DNA from: an uncultured Nitrososphaerales archaeon
GTDB lineage: Archaea > Thermoproteota > Nitrososphaeria > Nitrososphaerales > Nitrososphaeraceae
Reading direction: 5' to 3'
Length of the DNA stretch: 21,394 bases
Assembly (NCBI GenBank): GCA_963709405.1
Contig: CAVPXM010000079.1
Span: 1-21,394 of the forward strand
This document shows, piece after piece, positions 20,910-21,394 of this stretch. The notes under the pieces were generated by a model. That model was given only the letters and a program-made list of their open reading frames with translations, was not told the origin of the DNA and made no database searches. A program made the translations under genes and the position numbers. Position 1 is the first letter of the stretch. Every line of letters begins with the position of its first letter.

Positions 20910-21280
20910 AGCCTTTCATTAGTCTTAATTGCTTCTCTCCATTGATGACAAATGAAGGGTATTTTTCTCTCAACTCAATAGACTTGTCCACTACTTGATT
21001 TCGAATATCTCCGAACTCTAACCATAGCGGGTCTCCTTTCAAAAATGGTGTGTGAAATTGAAAACCTATCTTATTCGCCTTACCCTTCCATTCGTTTGTT
21101 TAATCTTCAATAATGGAGTAATTTAAGGCATTAATAGTCATTGTAATCCAGATATCTTTCCACAATGGTTTGCCATTATGCTCCGGGGCCCGATGACATA
21201 TAGTTTAAGATATTATGTTTGGTTGTTGAATAGGATCTCTTCCCTCTAATCTTATCGTGTGTCTCTTCAGTACCATCTAA
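20910..21280 (-). pseudogene. Internal fragment of a radical SAM protein
   Basis: LDGTEETHDKIRG...KDIWITMTINALNYSIIED...EWKGKANKIGFQFHTPFLKGDPLWL...YPSFVINGEKQLRLMKG. The CxxxCxxC-bearing N-terminus is absent. Confidence 0.7.
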
Positions 21281-21394
21281 CACGTGTTAACAATTTATTT
21301 TTAAATGAGTCTGAGAAATAGAGTTATTGACTAGTTTACTTGTAGTTGTTGTTTTGTTGTTGGCCTCAAGTTTTTGTTCTATCCAACTTGCGAT

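Overview
AT-rich accessory region, most consistent with an archaeon of the Nitrososphaeraceae (inferred from the gene families and BRE/TATA-type motifs). It contains four co-oriented, minus-strand copies of a single-chain AEP primase fused to a PriX/PriL-CTD-like domain, with stop codons at 4005, 9593, 14942 and 19751; two copies are near full length and two are 5'-truncated. At least three copies are followed by a conserved ~130-200 bp non-coding element that also occurs on its own (six copies in total). That element carries an archaeal promoter-like motif and a small covarying hairpin. Between the primase copies lie cargo genes: LpxD-like acyltransferase, SAM methyltransferase, SDR, SMP-30-like propeller, M14 carboxypeptidase and C1A cysteine protease. 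There are also many truncated gene fragments and a set of IS elements: an IS5-family element with intact ends, an IS903-like element carrying a nested MITE, and IS110 remnants. Many genes have single-base frameshifts that may be long-read assembly errors. All family calls come from motif recognition by eye; no database search was run.
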